Shown here: one piece after another, positions 53,479 to 63,800 of the stretch
Layout: the number at the start of each line of letters is the position of its first letter
How positions within the stretch are numbered: the stretch's first letter is position 1
Assembly (NCBI GenBank): GCA_018649885.1
Contig: JABIHA010000076.1
Span: forward strand, 1-64,000
Source: Bacteriovoracaceae bacterium
Lineage (GTDB): Bacteria; Bdellovibrionota; Bacteriovoracia; Bacteriovoracales; Bacteriovoracaceae
DNA length: 64,000 nucleotides
Reading direction: 5' to 3'
Notes under the pieces: model-generated
Databases searched by the model: none
What the model was told of the DNA's origin: nothing
Seen by the model: only the letters and a program-made list of their open reading frames with translations
Made by a program: the position numbers and the translations under genes

Positions 53479-54945
53479 GTGATGTTAAAACTTCTTTCAA
53501 ATATGTCTTTTTATGTACCAGAGTTGGTATGTATTTTGACCATGTGTACACTGCTGTTTATGGAAGCATTTTATGGCGACAAGTCTAAAGGCAGAACTTT
53601 CGTTTATATCACGGCCATGATTGGCCTTGCTATAGCCTTTGCAGTGCTCGCTTGTTCTGTTGGAAATAAGCCTCAGCCAATTTTTTACAATGCACTCATA
53701 ATTGATTCATTTAGCACAGTGATGAAAATGATTATGGTTCTTGGAACATTGGGTGTTTTTTATCTATGCTCTCAATCAACTGACATATATGAAGATTTGA
53801 AAACAGAGTTTCTTGTTATGACTATTGGTGTGCTTATTGGGGGGATGCTTTTATCATCGGCCAATAACTTACTCACGGTTTATCTAGGAATTGAAACTCT
53901 CTCTATACTGTCTTATGTTCTTGCAGCTTTTAAGAAAAGAGACGGCCGCTCATCTGAGGCTGGTTTAAAATATGTTCTCTATGGCGGGATTACTGCAGGG
54001 GTAATGCTTTACGGAATTAGTCATATCTATGGTATTTTGGGAACAATTCAATTTTCTGAAATTCCAGGATTGATTAAGGCCTTAGATTCTCAGCAAACAC
54101 TTCTGCTCTTGCCTGCATTTGTATTATTCTTCGTTGGCATTGGTTACAAAATTGCTTGTGTGCCTTTCCATATGTGGAGTCCGGATGTTTATGAGGGCTC
54201 TCCTGTTCCTGTAACAACTTTTTTCTCTATCGTGCCAAAGCTTGCCGGAATGGCAGTTTTGATTCGAGTGACTTTAGTTTTTTTCAATCACGATGGAGTT
54301 TTACAGACGGCTTGGGTTGGCTTGATGCAAGTTCTTGCTGCTCTTACAATGTTTGTCGGTAATATTACTGCAATAAATCAAAAGTCAGTAAAAAGAATGC
54401 TGGCATTTTCATCCATTGCTCACGCTGGTTTTATGATGTGCGGGATATTGGTTTTGAATGCAACAGGTATTCGGGCCATTTTGTTCTACGGAGCGACATA
54501 TCTATTTATGACCTTGCTGGCTTTCTATGTGACCTCATTTATTATTGATAAATATGGCACTGATGATCACGAGCGCTTTACTGGACTTATTTCCAAGCAT
54601 CCCCTTGTTGCAATTAGTATGTCAGTGGCCCTTTTCTCCCTGGCGGGACTTCCTCCTTTCAGTGGCTTCATAGCGAAATTTAATATTCTTTCTGCCCTTA
54701 TTGAATCAGAGAAATATAGTCTTGCTCTAATCGCTGTGTTGAATTCGGTAATTTCACTTTATTACTACCTTCGGTTGGTTAAAACCATGTGTGTGAATGA
54801 AGCTGACAGTAGTGAGCCTATCGAGGGCCTGGGATTTGTAAATCAAGCAGTAATAGTAGGGCTTGGTATTCCGGTAATACTGCTAGGCGTTTTCTGGGAA
54901 AAGCTAATGCTCGTTGCTGATGGTGCAAAGATTTTTATTCAATAA
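53479..54945 (+). CDS. nuoN: NADH-quinone oxidoreductase subunit N
   Basis: GIE, EAGLKY, KIACVPFHMWSPDVYEGSP, PK, SLAGLPPFSGFIAK. Confidence 0.98.
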   Translation: MMLKLLSNMSFYVPELVCILTMCTLLFMEAFYGDKSKGRTFVYITAMIGLAIAFAVLACSVGNKPQPIFYNALIIDSFSTVMKMIMVLGTLGVFYLCSQSTDIYEDLKTEFLVMTIGVLIGGMLLSSANNLLTVYLGIETLSILSYVLAAFKKRDGRSSEAGLKYVLYGGITAGVMLYGISHIYGILGTIQFSEIPGLIKALDSQQTLLLLPAFVLFFVGIGYKIACVPFHMWSPDVYEGSPVPVTTFFSIVPKLAGMAVLIRVTLVFFNHDGVLQTAWVGLMQVLAALTMFVGNITAINQKSVKRMLAFSSIAHAGFMMCGILVLNATGIRAILFYGATYLFMTLLAFYVTSFIIDKYGTDDHERFTGLISKHPLVAISMSVALFSLAGLPPFSGFIAKFNILSALIESEKYSLALIAVLNSVISLYYYLRLVKTMCVNEADSSEPIEGLGFVNQAVIVGLGIPVILLGVFWEKLMLVADGAKIFIQ

Positions 54946-54974
54946 TCGACCTTCCAGTCTCCTAATTATATAAT
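54946..54974 (+). promoter_or_regulatory. candidate sigma70 promoter for the divergent cassette
   Basis: TCGACC-N17-TATAAT in the 61-nt gap after nuoN; SD GGGGAG before the TTG at 55007. Confidence 0.4.
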
Positions 54975-55006
54975 TTTAGTATGTTGAACACTTCTGGGGA
55001 GATGGA

Positions 55007-55291
55007 TTGTCTGTTTTAACATTATTATTTATTGCTATTGTCCTGGTGATTTTGGCTGACCTAATCCTGGGTTCATTCACAGAGAAAAGTCTTGCGGCCA
55101 ATTCTGTTTTTTTTTCCAAGAGGTCTTTCTCAACTAGCCTAGGTAGTATTTTAACTGCCCTTCTGAGGCTTTCTCTTTTTGCTGTGATAGTATCGGTTTA
55201 TCTTTTCGGAGGGTTAAAAATAGAACCAAGCCAGCTTGTTTTGCTTTTTGGAATTTTGGCAATGATTTTATTTTTGATGCATAGAGGATAG
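55007..55291 (+). CDS. divergent NuoA-like membrane protein (3 TM)
   Basis: TM-loop-TM-TM topology, size and first position in the cassette. Lacks YECG and FDVE. Confidence 0.5.
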   Translation: MSVLTLLFIAIVLVILADLILGSFTEKSLAANSVFFSKRSFSTSLGSILTALLRLSLFAVIVSVYLFGGLKIEPSQLVLLFGILAMILFLMHRG

Positions 55292-55294
55292 TAA

Positions 55295-56140
55295 ATGGTT
55301 ATTGCGGGAACACTGTCTTTTTTATTAGTAAATATTTTGGCAGCAATTTTTGGCTTATGCGATAGATTTCTATTTAATTCAAAAAATTTTGGTTTCGGTA
55401 GCGCTAGCTCAAATAAAATTACAAATAAAGAAAATTCAATATTTCTGCTGAGAAACAAAGCCAACTGGGAAAAAATGCATCCCATTGTATTGATGTACAC
55501 TCATCTTTTAGTGCATTTCGTTCTGATTTTCACATTACTTGTCAGCTCGCAGGGATGGAATACCTATCTCTATTTGAGTATTGCGAGTCAAATTTTAGTA
55601 GAGGTTTTATTTTTGGCCTTTAGTTTTAAAGGGCAGGGACAAAGTATTTCAAAGCTTTGGGAATTGTCCGCAGTGACATTTAGCTATGGCGTTTTATATA
55701 TAGCACTTTTTTCATATCTAATGTTTTTTTACATAGAAAATATTGGCAATGTAGATAAGGTTTTGTGTAGCCTTTTCCTGGTAGTCTTAATTGGAATTGA
55801 GGATAAATTTTGGCGCAATTATTTGGGAACTATTAGCCCCTTTAAATATGAAAGTATGACTCAAAATTTAAAGTTAGTGCTAAAACTCTTTTTGGTAGCA
55901 ATTTCTGCAACAGCTCTACTTACACTGGATGGATCGGTTTTAGATCAATCAATTTCCAGTTTTTTAACACTAGGTAATATTGTTATTTCCACTATGCTTG
56001 TGGTTTTGTTTTTTCCTCTTATTTCGGTTGTTCACTTATGGGCCGATAAGATGAGTAGAAAAAATGCACTCGATCTCGCGAATTTAATTGCTTGGCCGGT
56101 GATATTTTTGGGCCTACTGATTGGAGGTCTCCTTGCATAG
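55295..56140 (+). CDS. divergent NuoH-like membrane protein
   Basis: About 8 TM; CDR aligns with AER, FSYG with VSYE; C-terminal VHLWADKM..WP aligns with IRWTFPRL..TP. Confidence 0.55.
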   Translation: MVIAGTLSFLLVNILAAIFGLCDRFLFNSKNFGFGSASSNKITNKENSIFLLRNKANWEKMHPIVLMYTHLLVHFVLIFTLLVSSQGWNTYLYLSIASQILVEVLFLAFSFKGQGQSISKLWELSAVTFSYGVLYIALFSYLMFFYIENIGNVDKVLCSLFLVVLIGIEDKFWRNYLGTISPFKYESMTQNLKLVLKLFLVAISATALLTLDGSVLDQSISSFLTLGNIVISTMLVVLFFPLISVVHLWADKMSRKNALDLANLIAWPVIFLGLLIGGLLA

Positions 56141-56594
56141 TATATTTTTAGAAGTAGCAATTTGGATATTTACAATTGTTTCTCTTTTGTATTTTTTATT
56201 AAATAAAAACTCAATTAATCAGATCAAATCACTACTCGTAGTCCTGCTTTCAATCGCAATCTTATTTGTTAGTGCAAAACAATATCAGGCATTGATTGTT
56301 TTTCTTTTTGTTAACTTGTTGGCCCTATTCTTAATAACCCTTTTCCACCTTAGTTTTGATGGATTTAAAGAAAAGGTGAAATTCTATAGGGGGATGAGGT
56401 TAGAGTCACTTATTAGTGTTGTGATTTGTTTAGGTCTACTTGGCCTATGTCTTCTTCTTTCAGAAAGATTTCCTGAGGATTACAACATAGATGTTTCAAC
56501 ATTAAGCTTAAAATTTGAATTAATAGAAATAGCACCAATTTTTCTTTTATCAATTATGGGAATGGGATTAGTAGTCAAACATGGAAGTAAGTAG
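56133..56594 (+). CDS. divergent NuoJ-like membrane protein
   Basis: Ungapped by-eye alignment of about 59 N-terminal residues to local NuoJ; FE retained near the last TM; SD GGAGG before the TTG at 56133. Confidence 0.65.
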   Translation: MHSIFLEVAIWIFTIVSLLYFLLNKNSINQIKSLLVVLLSIAILFVSAKQYQALIVFLFVNLLALFLITLFHLSFDGFKEKVKFYRGMRLESLISVVICLGLLGLCLLLSERFPEDYNIDVSTLSLKFELIEIAPIFLLSIMGMGLVVKHGSK

Positions 56595-56877
56595 CGAACT
56601 GACAATAGTGCGGTCATTCTGGGTTCTATATTTTGTAGGAATTGTAGGGTTTATTACAAAAAAAACTATTTCACAAAAATTGATGGCAGCTTTTTTAATA
56701 CTGCTCGCTAACTCGGCTTTATTGCTTTCAAATGTTGACAAGGCTCAATCTGGAAAAGAAGCATTTGTTTTTTCCATAATTTCAGTTGTGTCACTTTTAA
56801 CTCTTTTATTGTTTTACTTAATATCGAATAAAATATTGTTCAAATATAAAACCTTAGATTTGGATACTTTAGAATAG
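56581..56877 (+). CDS. divergent NuoK-like membrane protein
   Basis: VLYFVGIVGFITKKTISQKLMAAFLIL versus NuoK VLFCTGITVMIARKSIVAILIGIELIL; C-terminal KTLDLD versus ETIHID. Confidence 0.75.
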   Translation: MEVSSELTIVRSFWVLYFVGIVGFITKKTISQKLMAAFLILLANSALLLSNVDKAQSGKEAFVFSIISVVSLLTLLLFYLISNKILFKYKTLDLDTLE

Positions 56878-58509
56878 ATGATTATATTTTTATACTTTAC
56901 CCTATTTAATCTTATGAAAAGCCTTCTTACAAAACAGCGTTATTTGTTGTTTGGGTTTGGCATGTTTTTCTACGTTTTCTATTCAGCATGGTTAAATTTT
57001 GCAGGAGAAGTTAATTTAATAGGTTTTGATTCAATAGTGGGGGCAAGCTCACTTTGGAGTATTCAATCAATTTTGACAAGAAGTGATATCTTGCTTTTAA
57101 CGTTTGTTACAACTGTTCTTGGCCTCGTTGGAATTGGTTCCACAAATCGAAATTGGATTTTAAAAAGAGAAACACACTATCTGTTTCAGTTCTTACTTTT
57201 AGTATTTCTTATTGGCGCCAAAAATGTCTTGTTTGTACCAGTCGTTTTGGGTGCAAAAATTCTTGCAGATGAATGGAAAAAAGAAGATTTTGGTATTGGG
57301 GTAACGGATTGGATTTTAGCAATTTCACTTTTAGCAGTTTTAATTAGTGACAAAATGACTCTATTTGGTGAGATTCAGGTGGATGGTGTTAGCCGTGTAG
57401 TGTTGTATGCCATTTCAATTGTTTTTTCTCTGCACTCAGCAATCAAGGTATTTCTTGCCTCGCGAAACTTTACACATCGTCATATTGAAAGAGCCTTTTT
57501 TGATCTGATGGTTCTTCTGATTTGTCTTGGCAAATTATCAGCTGTTGATATTGCTGCTTATGGAGTGGCCTTTGATTTTATCGCCCTTGTATTTTTGGCG
57601 CTATCACTAGTTCAAGTTATGAGTTGGAAAAAAGGCGCAAAAAATACCTTTCAAAGGTTTGTCCTTCTAAAAGTTAGCCTTTATTTATTCTTTCTATTCT
57701 CCACGAGAAGTAGTGGTGTTACTCAGCTCTTTATAGGGGATATATTCTTTCTCTGTTCAGTAAATAGTCTTTTTTTCTTAAACAAGAAAGATCATCTGGC
57801 TTTTAAGGTGGTTCCATTCTTATTAACATTAGTATTTTTGGGAATACCTTTTGTTGGACTGACCTCTCTTGAAACCTTTTTCTATAAAGAGATGTTACTT
57901 TCTAAGAGTCTCACTTTAGGATTGATTGTATTGTTACTCAACTTATCTTCAAATCTATACTTTATTATTTTTATTAAGAAAAAAGCACTGGAGAGGCGAG
58001 ATCAAAAATTTGACAACAAAAATATCATCTTTGCAGTAATGCTACTCACTTTGAATATTGGGATGCTTCCAATGATTCAATACATTTCGGGAGTTAACTT
58101 TAGTTATTCAGAAAATCCGTGGGAAATAGTCGCAATCGTTTTCTTCTTGTTGCTGAAAGCCTTTTTCGTAGTGTATTTCTTAATTATACCGGCCCAATTT
58201 AACAAAGAAGTAAAAGGTGAGGGGATGCCACTGCTTGTCTTGGGTAAATTTAGATTAAAAAATGACTATGGTTTGGAGAAGAGATTATTCCCAATATATT
58301 ACCTATTCACCGCTTGTGCCAAAGCAATATCCTCGGCATTTGTGGTCTTTGAATTAGGAATTAGGCAGTTAGGAACTCTTTTTCTCGAGCTAACGGTACT
58401 AGCTGAGGGAAGAGGAAGCTATATTTTCAATAAGCAGCTTACATATATTTTATTAATTTTTTTATTTCTAATCCTTAGTTTAGCAAGTGGGATTAATTTA
58501 TGGGCCTAG
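56878..58509 (+). CDS. divergent NuoL-like antiporter-fold protein
   Basis: TLVFLGIPFVG..FFYKEMLL versus TLAISGVPFFSGFVSKDRIL; C-terminal amphipathic helix plus terminal TM. Confidence 0.65.
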   Translation: MIIFLYFTLFNLMKSLLTKQRYLLFGFGMFFYVFYSAWLNFAGEVNLIGFDSIVGASSLWSIQSILTRSDILLLTFVTTVLGLVGIGSTNRNWILKRETHYLFQFLLLVFLIGAKNVLFVPVVLGAKILADEWKKEDFGIGVTDWILAISLLAVLISDKMTLFGEIQVDGVSRVVLYAISIVFSLHSAIKVFLASRNFTHRHIERAFFDLMVLLICLGKLSAVDIAAYGVAFDFIALVFLALSLVQVMSWKKGAKNTFQRFVLLKVSLYLFFLFSTRSSGVTQLFIGDIFFLCSVNSLFFLNKKDHLAFKVVPFLLTLVFLGIPFVGLTSLETFFYKEMLLSKSLTLGLIVLLLNLSSNLYFIIFIKKKALERRDQKFDNKNIIFAVMLLTLNIGMLPMIQYISGVNFSYSENPWEIVAIVFFLLLKAFFVVYFLIIPAQFNKEVKGEGMPLLVLGKFRLKNDYGLEKRLFPIYYLFTACAKAISSAFVVFELGIRQLGTLFLELTVLAEGRGSYIFNKQLTYILLIFLFLILSLASGINLWA

Positions 58510-59633
58510 GTTGGTTTAGTATATTTTTACTGGTCATAGTGAGCGGGATGTCTTTTTTAAAAAGAAAAAGTACCGTTGGGCTAATAGTTTCACAGGGCCT
58601 AATTTTAACACTAGGAGCATCTCTTTTGATTGGATCGGTATGGAACATTGATCTTGCAACGGGGTTGATCCTTCTTGCTGGAGCACAGGTCTTCTCATAT
58701 TCAATTAATCGCATGTTGGATGTTGAACAAAAATTGTTATCACTGTTACAATTTACTCTTCTTTTACTTCTATCCTCCTCACAAATTTTTTTACATAGCT
58801 TATTATTATATGAAGGGGTTCTCATTTTTCTTTTATATGGAGCCCTAGGGAGTGCTGCGAGTTCTAATTTAAGTATTTTACGTAGATATGCATTTTTTCA
58901 AGGTTTGTTGATATTCCTTGGAACAATAGTGCAGTTTTACATGCAGGAGAAAATTTCTTCTGGCGCTAGTCTTTCACAGAGTGAGTCAGGTGCAAATGCT
59001 CTTAGCTATTTAATGCTATTTTGTCCTCTTTGGATCCTCGGTATTGGGGTTGAGCGGGTTTTTTCGAATACAAGAGGTATCATTCAAGTTCATATTCTAA
59101 GTACAATTGTATTTTTACAATTAATTTTGCTTGGAAAAGTTAACATTGAATCTCTTTATTTTTATTCTCATGAGATTTTTTGGGCCATTCCATTTTTACT
59201 AATGGTGATATTTTCATTTTCTAGAATTTTTCTTGGGCTAAATTCATTTTATTCTGGAGTCAGAATATTTGTGGCCCTAATAGTATTATCTTATATATTT
59301 AGCCCACTTAAAATGAGAGTTGAGATCATGTCATACCTACCGTTTTGGGTGATAACATATTCTATGGCCACTATTTTCCTTGAGGAAATTTGGCATCAGC
59401 AGTTATTTGGGCCCTGGAGGGGAAAGTTAAAGTTATGTGTATTGGTAGTTCTAGTCGGGTTACCTATCACACCATTTTTTAATATTGTAAAACTATCATT
59501 TTATTTTACAAAAATTGATGCAATTAGACCTCTAGGGGTTTGTGTTTTAACAGGATGGATAATTGTTGTACTTGGGCTGGGTCTTGAGAGCATTTATGGA
59601 GTATATGCAGATGATAAAGAGATGAGGGTATAG
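58500..59633 (+). CDS. divergent NuoM-like antiporter-fold protein
   Basis: LLLYEGVLIFLLY versus YVYWEIMLLPMFF; LVGLPITPFF versus SLGLPGLSGF. Confidence 0.65.
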   Translation: MGLGWFSIFLLVIVSGMSFLKRKSTVGLIVSQGLILTLGASLLIGSVWNIDLATGLILLAGAQVFSYSINRMLDVEQKLLSLLQFTLLLLLSSSQIFLHSLLLYEGVLIFLLYGALGSAASSNLSILRRYAFFQGLLIFLGTIVQFYMQEKISSGASLSQSESGANALSYLMLFCPLWILGIGVERVFSNTRGIIQVHILSTIVFLQLILLGKVNIESLYFYSHEIFWAIPFLLMVIFSFSRIFLGLNSFYSGVRIFVALIVLSYIFSPLKMRVEIMSYLPFWVITYSMATIFLEEIWHQQLFGPWRGKLKLCVLVVLVGLPITPFFNIVKLSFYFTKIDAIRPLGVCVLTGWIIVVLGLGLESIYGVYADDKEMRV

Positions 59634-59635
59634 AG

Positions 59636-60838
59636 ATGCTACAGCTAGTATTTGCTATATGTGCACTAGTATTAATTGTTGAAAGGTACCAAGGTGTTGA
59701 TAGGATTCGCTTGGGCCTAAATGCCATTTTCTCTACGGCCTCATTTTTTATTTGTATTTATTCAATTTTTAGACCGGAGATATTTAATCTTCAGCTTGGG
59801 ATTAACTCATTTTTTATCACTGCGCTATTTGGAATGAGTGGTGTCTGTTTTTTAAGTCTTCTGATACAAAATAGTCGTCTGAGCCCATCTTTTTTAATTA
59901 TGATCACCTCATTTTTTTATTTCTTATTTTCATTTGATTCCATCATTCCTTTGTATATTTTATTGTCAATGATCTTACTCTTTAGATCCTCTCTTTATAT
60001 TACAGCAAAATCATACTCTCAAAAGCTGGTGATGAATACGGTGCTACTTGATTTACTTTCGTTTGTATTTTTGAGCATGTTTACAACCTTTTTTATTATT
60101 TCCACTAATAGTTTTAATATTTTTGATTTTCAAGTTGTCGGTAGAACAACCTTTATCATTTCTCTCATAAATCTTGTTCTAGCATCCTTGGTTGTACTAC
60201 GCTTGCCACCGTTTCATACTGGGATATTAAATTTATATCGAGTGAATAGTCACATTGTAAGTTTGGAATCTTTGATTGTTAGGCCTTTTTTGGGTCTGTT
60301 TTTCTTTAGAGTCGTGTCTAATATTTTAAGAGAGATTGACCCAGAGTATTTTGCCCTGATTCAAGATTCATTATTTATAGTAATGGCTGCATCACTATTT
60401 TTTAATTTTGTGATTTTCAATTGGAAGAAAAGCATTGAATCATTTTTATTTAATTCATTTAGTCAAAATGTCTTACTTCTTTATATGTTACTCATTGTAG
60501 GGAGTAACGATTTACAAAATGATTCTCTGTTTTTTATTATACCCATGGGGAGCCTTCTGCTTTTTATTGGATGGAATTCATATATTGGATATACCGCAAG
60601 TGATGAGTATCAAAATAAAGGAAGTGAGAGGCTAGGCTTTGTGTTCCTCTTCTATGCTAGCTTTGCACTTCAGCTATTTCTGCCATTTTGTTTTGATGTT
60701 ACAAGATCGTATATTTCGGAGCTTTCAATTGAAAAACTATTTGTTTTTAGTATCGCTGTGGCCATAAACAAGGCTGCTATAATTAGTAAGACCAATTTGT
60801 CGGCAAGAAGTGAAATGACTGCCAGGGTAAAGAGTTGA
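59636..60838 (+). CDS. divergent NuoN-like antiporter-fold protein
   Basis: SFDSIIPLYILLS versus SANNLLTVYLGIE; LPPFHTGILNLY versus CVPFHMWSPDVY. Confidence 0.68.
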   Translation: MLQLVFAICALVLIVERYQGVDRIRLGLNAIFSTASFFICIYSIFRPEIFNLQLGINSFFITALFGMSGVCFLSLLIQNSRLSPSFLIMITSFFYFLFSFDSIIPLYILLSMILLFRSSLYITAKSYSQKLVMNTVLLDLLSFVFLSMFTTFFIISTNSFNIFDFQVVGRTTFIISLINLVLASLVVLRLPPFHTGILNLYRVNSHIVSLESLIVRPFLGLFFFRVVSNILREIDPEYFALIQDSLFIVMAASLFFNFVIFNWKKSIESFLFNSFSQNVLLLYMLLIVGSNDLQNDSLFFIIPMGSLLLFIGWNSYIGYTASDEYQNKGSERLGFVFLFYASFALQLFLPFCFDVTRSYISELSIEKLFVFSIAVAINKAAIISKTNLSARSEMTARVKS

Positions 60839-63800
60839 AAAAGTATAGAATTAAACTAGAAAATGGAAGAGTTATAGGTCCATTTGCCAAGGAGCAGGTA
60901 GGTGAGCTCTATATAAAAGGCCATATATATGGGCAGGAAGATTGTCAGGAGTTTCCCGCGGGGAAATGGCAAGATCTTGAATCATTTAGTGAGTTGTCTG
61001 AGCTTATTGTTGATATTATTGCAGGAAAAGTCTCTTTGGAGGTGTTGCAAGATAGGCAGAAGACTGTTTTTAAGAAAATATCAATTAAGAAAATTCATGA
61101 ACTTCCAGATTCACTAAAAAAAGAAGATAAGAAATTTGACTTGAAAGAGTTTGATTTTGATTCAGATGAAGAATTTAATTTTGAATCTGTTGATGAAAGT
61201 AAAAAAGATTCCGAACTAAATTTGAGCAAATTATTTGAAGCTCATAAAGACGATGAAACGACTCCTTCAAAAGAAATGGTAAATCCTCAGCATATTGAAG
61301 AAACTCATGTTGAAAAGGATATTGGTGAAATTCCGTCCTTTGATGATGAAGATGATGAATTGAATAAAACCGTTATTAATAAATCATTTGAAAACTTTCC
61401 GCTGAAACAAAACGAAGAGGAAAAGGTTGAAGAGGATACTCCAAGCATAATTGAAGAGGTGTTAGAAAAAGCTAAAACCGATGGGCCAAGTAGTGAGGAG
61501 CAAGATGATATTGCTCCCGCGGTCTCCGATACGGAAATTTCTTCAGATGATCATACTGTAGTGGGTTCGTTAAAAGACTTTAAGTCTGATTTAATTAAAA
61601 AGGCTTCAAAATTTGAAGCAAATTTAGTTAGAGTAGAAAAAAAAGATCGTGCTGAAAAGAAGGCAAAATCAGAGACACCTCAAATTGCACCGCCAGAAGA
61701 AAAAAAAGAAGTTAAGAAACAAAAACCGATTTTTAAGATGGCAGCACTTTTAGTCGTTCTTGCAGTTATATACCAAGTGTTTTTAGGTGGAGAAGATAAG
61801 CAGAAAAATTTTAAGCCGATTTTTCCCGACATTGCCTTTCCTTTCCCCTTTGAAAAACCAAACCCAAAGGCTGCTTTAAAATATTTGAGAGAAGGCCTAG
61901 AATTATATAAGTTGGGAAGCTATAAGCATAAGGCTTTAGCTGCTAGAAAATTCAAAGATTCTCTCGACAATTCTTTTGAAAAAAACAAAGCACTAGGACA
62001 TCTACTATTAACTTACGCAGAGTTGTTGGAAAATGCCAAAGATAGAGAAAAGGCGAATCTTAAAGTTTACCAATTAGTCGAAGTTTCTAAAGGTCGTGTT
62101 TTAACGGATCAAAAGATTGCCATGGGCTCTGCCATTTTTTTCTTAAAATTGGGAAGACCAAAAGCTGCGTTGAAATTTCTTAATGATTTTTTGAGAGTAA
62201 ATAGCAGCTCGGATATTAAGGCTGAAGACAAAGCTAAAATCTCGCTTAAGTTCTATGCTGTGTATCTAAGTGTTTTGATTGACCTTGGCGAAATGGCTGA
62301 CGCTAGAAAAAAGCTCAATGGCTTAGAGCCCATACCGGATGATAAAAAGTCACTTGAAGTATATTCATCAATTGTACAATTTCATTTGAAAAATGATGAT
62401 TACAATAAGGCAAAGGACGTAATTGAAAAGGGGCTGAAGTATTTCCCTTGGTCTGTAAGTTTAAGACTAACCCTGTGCCAAATTTATTCATATTTTGAAG
62501 AATATGATTTATTAAACTCAGAGTTAAAAAGAGTCAAAAAATTAAATTCGGAATTTTCAGTCGTTTACTATGCAAAATACCTTGAATTTATGGGGATTTT
62601 AAACGCTGTAAAGAAAGAATATAAAAATGCGGCAGTATTTTTTAAAGCAGCTCTAAAGTTAAGAGAAAATGATTCACTTAGATCAAAGCTCGCTCTACTA
62701 GAGGAATCCTCTGAAGCCAACTCAGATCCTGACATTGGAGCTCTTGTTAAAGAAAGTAAAGCACTTGATCTCATTAAGAAGTCGAAAGTAGAGGCATCTA
62801 ACGGAAATTTTAATAAGGCCCTGATACTAGCTCTTGAGGCCAGGGAGGGGTTCCCGAATTATGTGCCTGCGATTATTTACCTTTCCGACTTGCAAATTCG
62901 AAGAGGATTTTTTGACGATGCAATTGAGACTCTTATTAAAGCTAAGAAAGCGAGCAAGTTGAATCAGCATATTATTTATGCACTAGTAAGAGCTTACGCT
63001 GAGTCATTCAAGGTGTCCGAGGCGAAGAAGACGCTTTCGATTTTAAGAGAAACAGAACACCGAAATAGTTACCAATTTGCCAGCGCTCTTGGACATATTT
63101 ATTATAAATCAAACGAATTTCTACAGGCAGTTAAATGGCTCAGAGAAAGTACCAATCTAAACCCTCTTAATGAAAAAGATTTTTTTAAGCTGGGAAGCCT
63201 GTTCTTAAGATATAGACGATATGATAAGGCAAAAATACTTCTATGGAAGGCGATCAGTCTTGATCCTTCGAATATTAAATATCAAATCGCCTATAGTAGA
63301 ATTTTATATGAGCTTGATAGTGTTGATGTGGCGATCGGATACCTGCGGGATATTTTGAAGGAATATAACGATAGCGGCTTAATTCTATCTCAAATTTCGA
63401 TTTATTATTATAAAAGTGGTCAGGTTAAAGCCTTTGAACAGTATAAAGAAAGGGTCATGAAATCTCTACATATTGGAAAAGATCTTTTTGATTTTCTTAT
63501 TAAGGCATCTAAGCTTGAAGATAAAAAAGAAGAAATCATTAAAAATTATGAAGCCTATATAAAAGTTGAACCAGGAGATTTAGCTAAGCAACTCGAATTT
63601 GGAGAATACCTTCTTAGTGAGTCTGATCTGACCGCTGCCGAAAAAGTATTTACTAAAATTGAAACTAAGTTAAAAAGTTACCCGAAGGTGAAGTTTTTCT
63701 TGGCAAATATTAAACTGATGAGTGGTAAGGAAGATGAGGCCCTTATTTTAGCTCAAGAAGAGATAAAACTTAATCCAAATATTGAGTACGGCTATACACT

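Noticed and set aside
57661..57690. LLKVSLYL in L' as a retained NuoL FKAxLF lysine
   Set aside because: By helix position it aligns better with ISQLGY, so the resemblance is likely coincidental.
55007..60838. Pseudogene remnants or an Mrp antiporter operon
   Set aside because: All seven frames are intact and coupled. Order and sizes match nuoA-H-J-K-L-M-N; an H-like gene is present and no MrpE/F/G-like genes are seen.
60929..62774. Short ORFs 60929-61117 (+) and 62568-62774 (-)
   Set aside because: Both lie within the long TPR reading frame that the track missed because it has no stop inside the window.
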